A stretch of 64,000 nt of DNA from Verrucomicrobiota bacterium (GTDB lineage: Bacteria; Verrucomicrobiota; Verrucomicrobiia; Opitutales; Opitutaceae). Position 1 is the first letter of the stretch. The number at the start of each line of letters is the position of its first letter. Where the stretch lies: positions 1,011-65,010 of the forward strand of contig JAQGON010000165.1 in assembly GCA_028293565.1 (NCBI GenBank). Direction: 5' to 3'. Of the stretch, positions 25,090-34,965 are shown piece after piece. A program made the translations under genes and the position numbers. The notes beneath the pieces are model-generated. The model saw only the letters and a program-made list of their open reading frames with translations, made no database searches and was not told the origin of the DNA.

Positions 25090-28000
25090 TTACGGCAGCT
25101 CGTAGATTTCGACGAGCGCCGTGCCGGTGGTGCCGGTGCTGCTCTTCACCTGCGCGGAATAGGTGCCGGGAGGAAGGTTGACGATGATGGCGGCGTCGGC
25201 GCTGCCCGAGCCGAAGGCGAACGCGCCGGCCTGCGTCGCCGCGAGCGCGATCTCCGCGCCGGTGGCGCCGGGCTGCCCCGCCGTGACGGTGACCGGCGTT
25301 CCCCAGTTGTCGTTCTGCGCGATCACCACGCCGCCCGCGTCGTAAAGGTTCAGCACCGGGTCCGCCATGTAGGCCGACACGCCATAGTTGCCGAGCGCCG
25401 GACCCACGCCGCGGATCAGGATCCGCTTGCTGGCCGAGCCGCTCACCACGAAGCCGCCGATCAAGGTGGTAGCCCCCGAATTTGCCGTGGAGCGCGAGGA
25501 AAGGTTCACGAGCCGCGGAGCGGCCGCCGAACTGTCGGTGCCGGTGTCGTAAACTTCCGTCAGGGCGATGCCGCTCGCGCCCGTCGTGTCAGACACCACG
25601 ACCGAGTAACGGCCGGGAGCCAGCGAGACGAGCAGCGCGGCGTCCGCGCTGCCGGCGATCAGCGGAAAGGCGCCGACCTGGTTGAAGACTCCGGTCAGCG
25701 TCGCACTGCCGCCCCAGCCCGCGTTCGAGCCGACGAGGGTGCCCGCGGAATTGAAGACTCCCAGCTGGGGATGCGCGATGCCGGTCACGCCGAAAGGCGT
25801 CAGGCCCGGACCGACGGCGCGCAGCAGGACGGTCTGCGTCGTCGTGCCGCCGATGACCAGGCCGGCGATCAGCGGGTCGCCCGCCGTGACCTGCGCGCGG
25901 GTGGAAAGATTGATGAACCGCACCACGGAGGCGCCGCCCGCCGACGGATTGACGATCAGCACCAGATTCGCCGTCGCGGAACCCGCGGAGGTGGTCGCTT
26001 TCAAGGTCACGTTAAACGTCCCCGTCTGCGTCGTCGTTCCCGAGATGATCCCGGTGGCCGGGTCGATGCTGAGGCCGGCCGGCAGGCCCGTGGCGCTGAA
26101 GGTCGCGCCGGTGACGTTGGTGATGATCCCGTAATAGAAATTCGACCCGAGTGTCCCGCTGGCCGTCGTCGCACTCAGGATCTGCGGGGTCACCGGAACG
26201 GCGCCGGAAAAAATCACGCGAACGGTTTCGACGACGCCTGAAGAACCGTATTGCGACGTGGGGGTCGTCCCGCGGGCCCGAAGGAACACCGCGGAATTCG
26301 CCGGCAAGGTCGCGCCCGCGAGCTGCCACGTGTCGGACGTGCCGACGCGCGCGGCCTGGCCCAGCGTGGTCCAGGTGCGGCCATCGCTCGAGTCTTCGAG
26401 GATAACGGAGCTGACCGCCGGGCCCGAGCCCGTGCGCGTCCAGGTGATCGTCGTGAAGGTGGAGTCGACCGTGAGCGCTTCGAGCACCGGGGTCGACGAT
26501 GCGACGCGGGCGAGGCCGTAGCGCGCCAGGGTTCCCACCGAGGAGAAACCGCCGCCGAAGATCACCTTGCCGCTCCGCGTCAGTGCCGTCGCGGTGACGG
26601 AGCCGTTGACATTGGGATTGAAGGCCGGATCGGCCGCGCCCGTGGAAGCGAGCTGCGCGAGGGACGAAACGGAGACTCCGCCGATGGCGGTGAACGCGCC
26701 TCCGACGATGATGCTGCCGTTGGATTGGACGATGATGGAATTGACGTTGCCGTTGGGAGACGCGCTGAACGTGGAATCCGTCGTCCCGTTCGCGTTCAAG
26801 CGAACGAGTTGTCCCGGCGCCGCGCCGCCGACGAGAATCTTCCCGTCGGGCTGGAGCGCGATCACATTGACTGCGCCCAGGGCGGCGGGATTGAACGACG
26901 CGTCGAGGGTGCCGTCCGCGTTCAGGCGCTCGAGGGTGCCGTGCGCGGCGCCGCCGAAACCGACGGACGTCCCGCCGAGGAGAACCTTGCCGTCGGGCTG
27001 GAGCACGAGAACCGCCGGGCCGCCGGTCGCAGACGGGCTGGCGCTGAAGGTGGTGTCGATGGTTCCGGCCGCGTTGAGCTGGGCCACGCCGGTGCGCGTG
27101 GCGCCGGCGATGGTGGTGAACGTGCCGGCCACGATGGCGCGGCCGTCGGGCCGCAGCGCAACGGAGTACACCGCACCGTTCGGATTCGGCGCGAAGGACG
27201 CCGAGGCCGAGCCCCCCGAGTTGAGCAGCGCGAGATTGCTGAGGGCCGAGCCGCCGATGGAGCTGAAGGAGCCGCCCACGAGGATCGAGCCCGAGGGCTC
27301 CAGCGTGGTGAAAAGCCCGCCGACCAGGATTGAACCGTCCGAAGTGACCGCCAGCGCCGTGACGGTGCCGTTGGGATTGGGATCAAACGCGCCATCCACC
27401 GTGCCGTCGGAATTCAGGCGGGCGAGTCGCGCGCGCGACACCGCGACGGTCGAACCGGCAGGCTTCAAGGTCGTGAAAGTGCCGCCGGCAATGATTTTCC
27501 CGTCGGCCTGGAGCGCGAGCGTTGCGACGGGCGCGTTGACGTTCGGATCGAAGGTGGTGTCGAGCGAGCCGTCGCTGTTCACCCGCGCGAGGTTGTTCCG
27601 CGTGATGATCGTCGCCGAGCCATTGGCCTGGAGAAAACTGAAGGAGCCGCCGAGCACGACTTTTCCATCCGGCTGGAGCGCGAGCGCGACGACGTTGCCG
27701 CTCGCGCCCGGGTCGAACGTCGCGTCCACGGAATTGTCGGCCTTGATGCGGGCGATGTGGTTGCGCGTCAGGACCGTGGTGGATCCCGAGGAGGCGATCA
27801 TCGTGGTGAATGCGCCGCCGACGAGCAGCGCGCCGTCGGGCTGCAGCACCATGGTATAGACGGCGCTGTTCGGATTCGGATTGAGGGTGTTGTCGTACGA
27901 TCCGTCCGCCTTCACGCGGGCCACGTAATTGATCGACGTGGAGCTCGTGGCGCCATTCGGCTGGATGCTGGTGAAGCTGCCGCCGAGGAGAATGTAACCG

Positions 28001-31000
28001 TTGGGCTGCACGAGCAACGTGTTCACCGTGCCGTTCGCGGTGGGATTGAACGCCGTGTCGAGCGAACCGTCGGAATTCACGCGAGCGATGTACTGCCGGC
28101 TGGTGCCGCCCACGTTCAGGAACGCGCCGCCGAGGACGATTTTCCCGTCGGGCTGGAGGGCGATCGCGTTGACGGTGGCGTCCGGTCTCGGATTGAACCC
28201 CGTGTCGAGGCTGCCGTCGGCATTCAGGCGGATGAGAAACCCGCCGGTCTGGCCCGTCAGGTCGATGATGTTGCCCGCCAGGAGAATTTTTCCGTCAGGC
28301 TGCACGAGGACCGAGCTGATCTGGCCGCCGAGCTGCGTGGTGCCGCCCGGCCGGAAGGAGGTGCGGAGCGTGCCGTCGCTGTTCAGCCACGCCAGGTTGG
28401 TCAGCTGCGTGCCGACCGTGCCGCCGTTGAGGCGCGTGGCCACGGCGTTGACCGGGCCGTTCGCGTCGGGGTTGAACGCCAGGTCCGGCACGCTCTCGGT
28501 GTTGAACCGCGCAAGGTTGGCGCTCGAGTTGCCGCCGAGCGAGGTGAACGCCCCGCCCACGAGAATGCGTCCGTCGGCCTGCACGGTCAGCGAATTGATC
28601 ACGGCCCCCGTCGAGCCGCCGGTGCCCGGGACAAGGAAGGTGGAATCCACCGACGCATCCGCGTTGAGCCGCGCGAGCTGGTTGCGCGCCACCGGCGAGG
28701 CGGTGTTCGATTTCAACGTCGTGAACGCGCCGCCGATCAGGATGCGGGCGTCCGGCTGCACCGCGATCGCGATCACCTGGTTGCCGACGCGCTCGCCAAT
28801 GCCGGCGTCGAACGCGCTGTCGACGACGCCATCCGCGTTGATCCGCGCGAGATAACTGCGCGGCACCGCCGTCGGGTTGTCGACGTCCGACGCGAACTGG
28901 GTGAACAACCCGCCCGCGATCACCTTGCCGTCAGCCTGCAGCGCCAGCGAGCGCACGACGTTGTTGGCGCCCGGATCGTAATCGGGATCGACGGTGCCGT
29001 CGGTGTTCAGCCGGGCGATTCCGCGGCGGAAACTCGTGGTGGTCTTGCCCGTGGTCGTCGTGCCGTCCGCGTTGACGGTGGTGACGGTCACGGTCGGGGC
29101 GTTGGTGGGCTGGAGGAAAGTAAAGGCGCCGCCGATGATCACCTTGCCGTCGGCCTGGACGGCGATGGCATTGACCTGCTTGTCGGCGCTCGGGTTGTAG
29201 GTCGCGTCGAGGGTGCCGTCCGTGTTGATGCGCGCGATGTTCGCGCGATTTCCGGTCGCGAATCCGAGGAAGTTGCCGCCGACCAGGATTTTTCCGTCGC
29301 CCTGGATCTTGATCGCAAAAACCGCGCCGCCGGCCTGCGGATCGAACGGGCTGTCGAGCGATCCGTCGGTGTTCAGCCGCGCGAGGCGATTGCGCGCGAT
29401 CGATTGCGAGGATCCGTTGGGCCGCAGCGAGAGAAAATAACCGCCGACCAGGATCTTGCCGTCCGACTGGAGGGCGAGCGCGTTCACCTGGGCGTCGAAA
29501 TTCGGCTCAAACGACGCATCCAGCGAACCGTCGGTGTTGAGGCGTGCCACGCGGAGCTTCGCAACGCCCTTCACCGTGGTGAAGGTGCCGCCGATCAGAA
29601 TCTTCCCGTCGGACTGAAGGGCAATCGCGTCGACCTGTCCGTTCAGGTTCGGATCGAAGCCGGTGTCGATCGTTCCGTTCGCATTGAGGCGCGCGAAGTA
29701 GTTGCGCGTCGCGCCGCCGATCGTCGTGAACGAGCCGCCGACGAGCGCCTTGCCGTCCGGCTGGACCAGCAGGGCCAGCACGCGCCCGTTGGTGTCCGGA
29801 TTGAAATCGGCGTCGAGCGTGCCGTCGAGGTTCACCCGCGCGAGATGGCTGCGGGGCGCCGCTGTGAACGCGGTGCCAGGCTGAAGCTGCGTGAAATTTC
29901 CTCCGAGCAGGATTTCGCCGTCCGACTGCTCGGCGATCGCGTTCACCGTCGAGTTCGGGCCGGAATCGAACCCCTCGTCGAGCGTGCCGTCCGGATTGAT
30001 CCGGGCGACATTGGTGCGGCGGGTCGAGGCGACCGCGGCAAACGAGCCTCCGACAAGAATGCCGCCGTTGCTCTGCAGCGTGAGGGCCATGACCGGGCCG
30101 CTGACGTTGGGGTTGAAGGAAAGATCGAGCGAGCCGTCGACGTTGAAGCGCGCGAGATGGTTGACCGTCGTCGCCGCGCCGGCGCCATTGGGCGCGGCGC
30201 TGATAAAATACCCGCCGGCGACCACCCTGCCGTCATGCTGGACGATCACCTTGGTCACGCCGTTGTCCGGCTCCGGATCGTACCCGGCGTCGACCGAGCC
30301 GTCGACATTGAGCCGGGCGATGCCCTTGCGCACGGTCGCCGTCGCGGCGCCGTTGGGCTGGACCATCGTGAAACCGCCGCCGAGGACAATGCGTCCGTCG
30401 GCCTGCAGCGCGATCGAGAGGACAATGCGGTCGACGTTGGGGTCGAAACCCGCATCGAGCGATCCGTCGGCGTTGAAACGTGCGACGCGATTGCGGACCG
30501 TCGACGTGCTGGCTCCATTGGCCTGCACGGTCGTGAATGCGCCGCCCGCGACGATCCGTCCGTCGGACTGGAGGGCCAGGGCTTCGACCCCCGGCGGCAG
30601 AAAACCGCCGAGGTTGGGATTGAAACCGGCGTCGACCGTGCCGTCCGCGTTCAATCGCGCGATGCGATTCCGCGTCGTCACGGCGCCGAGGTTGGGCTGC
30701 AGCGTCGTGAAATAGCCGCCGACGACGATCCGGCCGTCAGGCTGGACGACGATGGCAGCGACCTTGCCGTTTGCCGTGGGATTGAACGTGGCGTCGACCG
30801 TGCCGTCGACATTCAGCCGGGCGAAGTTGGCGCGCGCGACGCCGTGCACCGTCGTAAAAGTGCCGCCGATCAGGATTTTGCCGTCGGCCTGCGGGACAAT
30901 GGCGTAGATCGCTCCATCGACATTGGGATCGAAACCGTCTGCAGCCGAGGGGGAGTTGGTCTGGGCGCTGATTGCGGCGGAAAGGGCCATGAAGGCGAGA

Positions 31001-31056
31001 CCGGCGACAAAACCCAGATGACCCCGAAGGGCGCGGAGGGGCGAAACTATGAACAT
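25090..31056 (-). CDS. Giant secreted delta-60-repeat (beta-propeller) protein with an Ig-like domain and a duplicated C-terminal module
   Basis: 1988 aa. Signal-like N-terminus. About 28 repeats by eye of 'DGKILVGG.FT...G..R..IARLN.DGSLD..F.P'. Also 'GLPAGLSIDPATGIISGTTTQTGTFNVTLKAT', then two ~135-aa 'NLS(T/S)R...G.LIGGFV...RGVGP.LG...ADP.L' modules. Confidence 0.85.
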   Translation of the reverse strand: MFIVSPLRALRGHLGFVAGLAFMALSAAISAQTNSPSAADGFDPNVDGAIYAIVPQADGKILIGGTFTTVHGVARANFARLNVDGTVDATFNPTANGKVAAIVVQPDGRIVVGGYFTTLQPNLGAVTTRNRIARLNADGTVDAGFNPNLGGFLPPGVEALALQSDGRIVAGGAFTTVQANGASTSTVRNRVARFNADGSLDAGFDPNVDRIVLSIALQADGRIVLGGGFTMVQPNGAATATVRKGIARLNVDGSVDAGYDPEPDNGVTKVIVQHDGRVVAGGYFISAAPNGAGAATTVNHLARFNVDGSLDLSFNPNVSGPVMALTLQSNGGILVGGSFAAVASTRRTNVARINPDGTLDEGFDSGPNSTVNAIAEQSDGEILLGGNFTQLQPGTAFTAAPRSHLARVNLDGTLDADFNPDTNGRVLALLVQPDGKALVGGSFTTIGGATRNYFARLNANGTIDTGFDPNLNGQVDAIALQSDGKILIGGTFTTVKGVAKLRVARLNTDGSLDASFEPNFDAQVNALALQSDGKILVGGYFLSLRPNGSSQSIARNRLARLNTDGSLDSPFDPQAGGAVFAIKIQGDGKILVGGNFLGFATGNRANIARINTDGTLDATYNPSADKQVNAIAVQADGKVIIGGAFTFLQPTNAPTVTVTTVNADGTTTTGKTTTSFRRGIARLNTDGTVDPDYDPGANNVVRSLALQADGKVIAGGLFTQFASDVDNPTAVPRSYLARINADGVVDSAFDAGIGERVGNQVIAIAVQPDARILIGGAFTTLKSNTASPVARNQLARLNADASVDSTFLVPGTGGSTGAVINSLTVQADGRILVGGAFTSLGGNSSANLARFNTESVPDLAFNPDANGPVNAVATRLNGGTVGTQLTNLAWLNSDGTLRTSFRPGGTTQLGGQISSVLVQPDGKILLAGNIIDLTGQTGGFLIRLNADGSLDTGFNPRPDATVNAIALQPDGKIVLGGAFLNVGGTSRQYIARVNSDGSLDTAFNPTANGTVNTLLVQPNGYILLGGSFTSIQPNGATSSTSINYVARVKADGSYDNTLNPNPNSAVYTMVLQPDGALLVGGAFTTMIASSGSTTVLTRNHIARIKADNSVDATFDPGASGNVVALALQPDGKVVLGGSFSFLQANGSATIITRNNLARVNSDGSLDTTFDPNVNAPVATLALQADGKIIAGGTFTTLKPAGSTVAVSRARLARLNSDGTVDGAFDPNPNGTVTALAVTSDGSILVGGLFTTLEPSGSILVGGSFSSIGGSALSNLALLNSGGSASASFAPNPNGAVYSVALRPDGRAIVAGTFTTIAGATRTGVAQLNAAGTIDTTFSASPSATGGPAVLVLQPDGKVLLGGTSVGFGGAAHGTLERLNADGTLDASFNPAALGAVNVIALQPDGKILVGGAAPGQLVRLNANGTTDSTFSASPNGNVNSIIVQSNGSIIVGGAFTAIGGVSVSSLAQLASTGAADPAFNPNVNGSVTATALTRSGKVIFGGGFSSVGTLARYGLARVASSTPVLEALTVDSTFTTITWTRTGSGPAVSSVILEDSSDGRTWTTLGQAARVGTSDTWQLAGATLPANSAVFLRARGTTPTSQYGSSGVVETVRVIFSGAVPVTPQILSATTASGTLGSNFYYGIITNVTGATFSATGLPAGLSIDPATGIISGTTTQTGTFNVTLKATTSAGSATANLVLIVNPSAGGASVVRFINLSTRAQVTAGDPLIAGLVIGGTTTQTVLLRAVGPGLTPFGVTGIAHPQLGVFNSAGTLVGSNAGWGGSATLTGVFNQVGAFPLIAGSADAALLVSLAPGRYSVVVSDTTGASGIALTEVYDTGTDSSAAAPRLVNLSSRSTANSGATTLIGGFVVSGSASKRILIRGVGPALGNYGVSAYMADPVLNLYDAGGVVIAQNDNWGTPVTVTAGQPGATGAEIALAATQAGAFAFGSGSADAAIIVNLPPGTYSAQVKSSTGTTGTALVEIYELP

Positions 31057-31265
31057 GGAGGAAAGAAGTTGTAGAAAGAAAATCTAACGGGCAAGTGCGG
31101 TCTCGACGCGCGGAGCAACGGGGAACGCCGTTAGTCTCGACGCCCGTCGGTAGGTTCCGGCATATTGCTCACAACCCTCCGGCCCGCATCGACCTGCGCA
31201 AGGCCAAAGCCCTCGAACGATCACGTCGTGCCTAAGATTTTAACCGGCGGCACGTTTGTGATTCA

Positions 31266-32948
31266 ATGTCCTCCCTTCGACACCCCATGAAACTTCTCCG
31301 CCCTCTCCTCCTCGGCCTCGTCATCGCGTCGCGTGCGCCCGCCGCACAGGCGCCCGTCAATTCCACCCTCACGGCTGCAACCGTCTACGGCGATCGCGCA
31401 GTCGTCACGCGCAGCGCGACGGTGGACCTCCCGGCCGGGACTTCCGAGCTGCAGTTCGCGAACCTGCCCGAATCGCTCGACGAGCGCTCGCTTCAGGTAA
31501 GCGGAAAAGGGACGGCGCAGGCCCTGATCCTCGACGTCACCGCGCGACAGACCTTCGTCGATTTCACGCCGAACGCGCGCGTCAAGGAACTCGAGGACGC
31601 GCTGCATGGCCTGCGGAAAGAGGAGCGGGGCCTCAACGACCGGGCCGCGGTGCTGCAGTCGCAGGGCACGATGCTGGACCGGATGGAGGCCGCGCTGTTT
31701 GCTCCGCCGGCGAAGGACGTCCCGCGGCCGGAGCTGGCGCAGTTCACCAACTCGCTCACGTTCCTGTCCGAGCAGAAATCGCGCATCGTCGCCGAACGCG
31801 CCTCGCTCGATGACCTGCGGGAGGCGCTGCAAAACCGGATCGCCACGGCGGAGCGGCAGCTCAACGAACTCCGCGGCGCCGGCGGCCGCGGCTACAAGAC
31901 CGTGGTCGTCCGCGTCTCGGCGCCGCAACCCGGCAGCCTGGACCTCGCCCTTTCGTACGCCGTGCCCGGCGCCAGCTGGGCGCCGAGTTATGATGCGCGG
32001 GTGGCGAGCAGCGAGCGGGTGGTCTCGCTCGCGTATTTCGGCATCGTCCGCCAGAACACCGGCGAGGACTGGAAGGACGTGGCGCTCACGCTTTCCACCG
32101 CGCGGCCGGGGCTGGGCGGGGCGGCGCCGGTGCTGTCGGTGTGGAACGTCGACGTGCTGACGATGCGGCCGATGGATGTGGTGACGCTCAATTCTTTCCA
32201 GATCAAGGACGCCGGCCGTCTCGAGCGAAACAAGGCGCAGGGCGGCGCGGTGAACATGCAGTCGCTCACGAGCAACGCCCCGGCACCGGAATTCGACGCC
32301 GCACTCGCGGAGGCGACGATCGAGGCGGGGGCCACGAGCGCATCGTTCAGGATCGCCACGACGGCGACGATCCCGAGCGACAACTCGCCGCAGAAGGTTC
32401 CGATCAACTCGGCGCGCCTCACCGCGACTCCCGAATACCTCACGGCGCCGAAGCGTCTCGCGACGGCTTACCTCACGGCGAAGGTCGTCAACTCCTCGGA
32501 CTTTCCCCTCCTCGCCGGCACGATGAACGTCTTTCTTGACGGCACCTTTGTCGCGACGAGCAGCCTCCGCACGGTCATGGCCGGCGAGAAATTCGATCTC
32601 GCGCTGGGCGCCGACGAGGGAATTGCGGTGAAGCACCGGCGCGTGAACAAATTCACCGAGGACACCGGCCTGACGAACTCCGGGAAGCGCGTGACCTACG
32701 AGTACCTGATCACCGTGCAGAACAACAAGCGTACGGCCGAGCGCGTCATCGTCGCCGACCAAGTGCCCGTATCGCGCAACGAGAAGGTCGTGGTGAAGCA
32801 GATTTCTCCCGATGCGAAGGACGTGAAGCCGACGAACGAGGGCATTCTGAAATGGACGCTCGCCCTGAAGGCCGGCGAGAAGCGCGAGCTGACGGTGAAG
32901 TTCGCGATCGAGTACGCCAATGACGTCAACGTCGCCGGGCTCGAGTGA
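31266..32948 (+). CDS. DUF4139/DUF4140 (MuiA-like) secreted protein
   Basis: Signal peptide, then 'LTAATVYGDRAVVTRSATVDLPAGTSELQFANLPESLDERSLQVSGKG', a central coiled coil and a C-terminal DUF4139-like region. ATG 31287 is an alternative start. Confidence 0.78.
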   Translation: MSSLRHPMKLLRPLLLGLVIASRAPAAQAPVNSTLTAATVYGDRAVVTRSATVDLPAGTSELQFANLPESLDERSLQVSGKGTAQALILDVTARQTFVDFTPNARVKELEDALHGLRKEERGLNDRAAVLQSQGTMLDRMEAALFAPPAKDVPRPELAQFTNSLTFLSEQKSRIVAERASLDDLREALQNRIATAERQLNELRGAGGRGYKTVVVRVSAPQPGSLDLALSYAVPGASWAPSYDARVASSERVVSLAYFGIVRQNTGEDWKDVALTLSTARPGLGGAAPVLSVWNVDVLTMRPMDVVTLNSFQIKDAGRLERNKAQGGAVNMQSLTSNAPAPEFDAALAEATIEAGATSASFRIATTATIPSDNSPQKVPINSARLTATPEYLTAPKRLATAYLTAKVVNSSDFPLLAGTMNVFLDGTFVATSSLRTVMAGEKFDLALGADEGIAVKHRRVNKFTEDTGLTNSGKRVTYEYLITVQNNKRTAERVIVADQVPVSRNEKVVVKQISPDAKDVKPTNEGILKWTLALKAGEKRELTVKFAIEYANDVNVAGLE

Positions 32949-32970
32949 CGCAGGTAAAACGCGCGCTCCT

Positions 32971-33368
32971 CCGGTAGCAGCCGACGTGAGGAGGCTGATT
33001 TTCACCGCGAAGGTCGCGAAGACCGCGAAGATCGAACCTCCAAGCGCCGGATCTTCACCGCCTTCGTGCTCTTTGTGGTAAAACTCGTTTTCAATGCGTT
33101 GGCCACTCCGTCGAACTTCCAAGCCTGCTCGACTCCCCAGCGCGTTGGGGGTCCTCGGCAAAGCTCAGGGTCCGCGACCCCGCGTTCACCGGTAGCAGCC
33201 GACGTGAGGAGGCTGATTTTCACCACGAAGGTCGCGAAGACCGCGAAGATCGAACCTCCAAGCGCCGGATCTTCGCCGCCTTCGTGCTCTTTGTGGTAAA
33301 ACTCGTTTTCAATGCGTTGGCCGCTCCGTCGAACTTCCAAGCCTGCTCGACTCGCCAGCGCGTTGGGG
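32971..33368. repeat. Two tandem copies (period 218 nt) of a ~180-nt element, family 2 ('FTAKVAKTAK' type)
   Basis: Units 32971-33150 and 33189-33368 differ at only a handful of positions. Each contains an imperfect inverted repeat: 'ttttcaccgcgaaggtcgcgaag' and 'ccttcgtgctctttgtggtaaaa'. Confidence 0.85.
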
Positions 33369-33384
33369 ACAACGCGCTCCACCC

Positions 33385-33419
33385 AAAAAAAAGGGCGGAG
33401 CCGTAAGCCGGCCCCGCCC
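33385..33419 (-). terminator. Rho-independent terminator of the outer-membrane barrel gene
   Basis: On the minus strand: GGGCGGGGCCGGC-TTAC-GGCTCCGCCC followed by T8, 20 nt after the stop at 33440. Confidence 0.7.
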
Positions 33420-33439
33420 TTTCAAACCGATCAAATCGC

Positions 33440-34111
33440 TCAGTAGTGGTAATTCACCCCGAGCGTGTAGACCTTGGCGTCCGCCTTGTGGTACACCGAG
33501 TCGTACTGCGCGGCGGCGGAAACGCTCCACTGACGATTCACGCGATACGTGCCTTTCAACGCATAATCCACTTCGCTCCGATTTACGCCGGTGGCGCGGA
33601 CGAAGCTCATGGAAGGCGTCAATGCGAAGCGCGGCGAGAGCTGCAGCTCCACGCCCGTCCCCAGGTTGTACGCGAACGAGTTTCCGAGCGCGGGCAGCCC
33701 GCGCCGCCACTCCCAGCCCGCGAGGGCCTGCACGAACGGCTTTCCCCAATCGAGCTTGCTGAACACCGTGACGCCGGTGTTCAGGTCCTGATAGGTCACC
33801 CGGATCGGGCCGGCGGTCGCGCGCCCCCAGTCGTAGTTCACCTGGAAATCAATTCCCGGGCGCCACGCCTGGTTGAGCTGCAGTCCCACCCCGCGCATGG
33901 CCGTCGGCGAGCCGCCGTCGATATCCGTGTAGCGGAGGTTGAAGGCAGAGTAGCTGGAGCCCAGCAGGCCGAGGCTCGCCGGGTCGATCGTCGCACTGGA
34001 AACCGCGACGTCGCTGGTCTGCGCGCCGGCGGAGAGCGCGAGACCGAGCGAGATCGCCGCGGTCGAAATCATCCATCCAAGCTTGGTGTTAAGTTTCATG
34101 GTTTTGGTCAT
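33440..34111 (-). CDS. Outer-membrane beta-barrel protein
   Basis: Signal 'MKLNTKLGWMISTAAISLGLALSAGAQT', alternating amphipathic strands and a C-terminal 'YTLGVNYHY' aromatic terminus. Confidence 0.75.
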   Translation of the reverse strand: MTKTMKLNTKLGWMISTAAISLGLALSAGAQTSDVAVSSATIDPASLGLLGSSYSAFNLRYTDIDGGSPTAMRGVGLQLNQAWRPGIDFQVNYDWGRATAGPIRVTYQDLNTGVTVFSKLDWGKPFVQALAGWEWRRGLPALGNSFAYNLGTGVELQLSPRFALTPSMSFVRATGVNRSEVDYALKGTYRVNRQWSVSAAAQYDSVYHKADAKVYTLGVNYHY

Positions 34112-34351
34112 TTTGGTATTACGCGTCGAAACGCGATGTGCCGGTATGACCATCCGGCGAGGAAGTGTTCCGCATTTAAAAGTTGTGAAAAAATTTCTCA
34201 CAGGGCGGAACTTTTTGCGCGCCAACCGACGGAGCCCGGCGTCCCCCTGAAGCACGCCGACGATCCGATCCGCGCCCTTCGGGGGGAAGTCCGGCGGGCG
34301 CCCCCGCCCGCCGGCTTGCGAATTTCCCGTCGAAGGATATGTCTGGTGCGC

Positions 34352-34876
34352 ATGAAACTCCGTCCCATCCTCGCCCTTATGGCTCTCTCCTCACTCTTCA
34401 CCGGCTTCGCCCGCGGCGAACCGCTCAAGGTCGGCGATCCTGCTCCCGCCGTGTCCGCGACAACCGATGCCGGCACGACGATTTCGCTGGCCGACGTGTA
34501 CGCGAAAAACACCTACACGCTGGTTTATTTCTACCCGAAGGCCGACACCCCCGGCTGCACCAAGCAGGGCTGCTCGCTTCGCGACGGCTACGAGGCCCTC
34601 ACGAAACAGGGCGTCGCCGTCATCGGCGTGAGCCACGACGACGTCGCCGCGCAGAAGGCCTTCAAGGAAAAGTACAATTTCCCGTTCACCCTCGTCGCCG
34701 ACCAGGACGGCGCCGTGATCAAGGCCTTCGGCGTCCCGACTTATCCCACCGTCGGATTCGCCCACCGCCAGGCCTACCTGATCAAGGACGGAAAGATCAT
34801 CTACACCGATTACAACGGCACCACCGACAAGCAGGCCGAGACGATCCTCCAGGTGCTCGCACAGCAGAAGCACTGA
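34352..34876 (+). CDS. bcp: Thiol peroxidase / peroxiredoxin Bcp with a signal peptide
   Basis: 'YTLVYFYPKADTPGCTKQGCSLRD' peroxidatic Cys motif. N-terminus 'MKLRPILALMALSSLFTGFARG'. Confidence 0.88.
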   Translation: MKLRPILALMALSSLFTGFARGEPLKVGDPAPAVSATTDAGTTISLADVYAKNTYTLVYFYPKADTPGCTKQGCSLRDGYEALTKQGVAVIGVSHDDVAAQKAFKEKYNFPFTLVADQDGAVIKAFGVPTYPTVGFAHRQAYLIKDGKIIYTDYNGTTDKQAETILQVLAQQKH

Positions 34877-34965
34877 CCAATTTCGGGATGGCGGACTGCC
34901 GATTGCGGAAAGTTATTCCAGCGCCGCGACCTTTTGCAGCGTCTGCAATCCGCCCTCCAAACCCG

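Noticed and set aside
27757-31074. 1105-aa plus-strand ORF, with others at 26251-27333 and 26567-27859, antisense to the giant repeat gene
   Set aside because: Low-complexity Arg/Asp/Gly/Ala translation that mirrors the repeat periodicity of the real minus-strand gene. No start context or motifs.
32971-33368. Possible CRISPR array at the 33-kb tandem repeat
   Set aside because: Only two long (~180 nt) units separated by a 38-nt linker. There are no short regularly spaced repeats with unique spacers, and no cas genes in the window.
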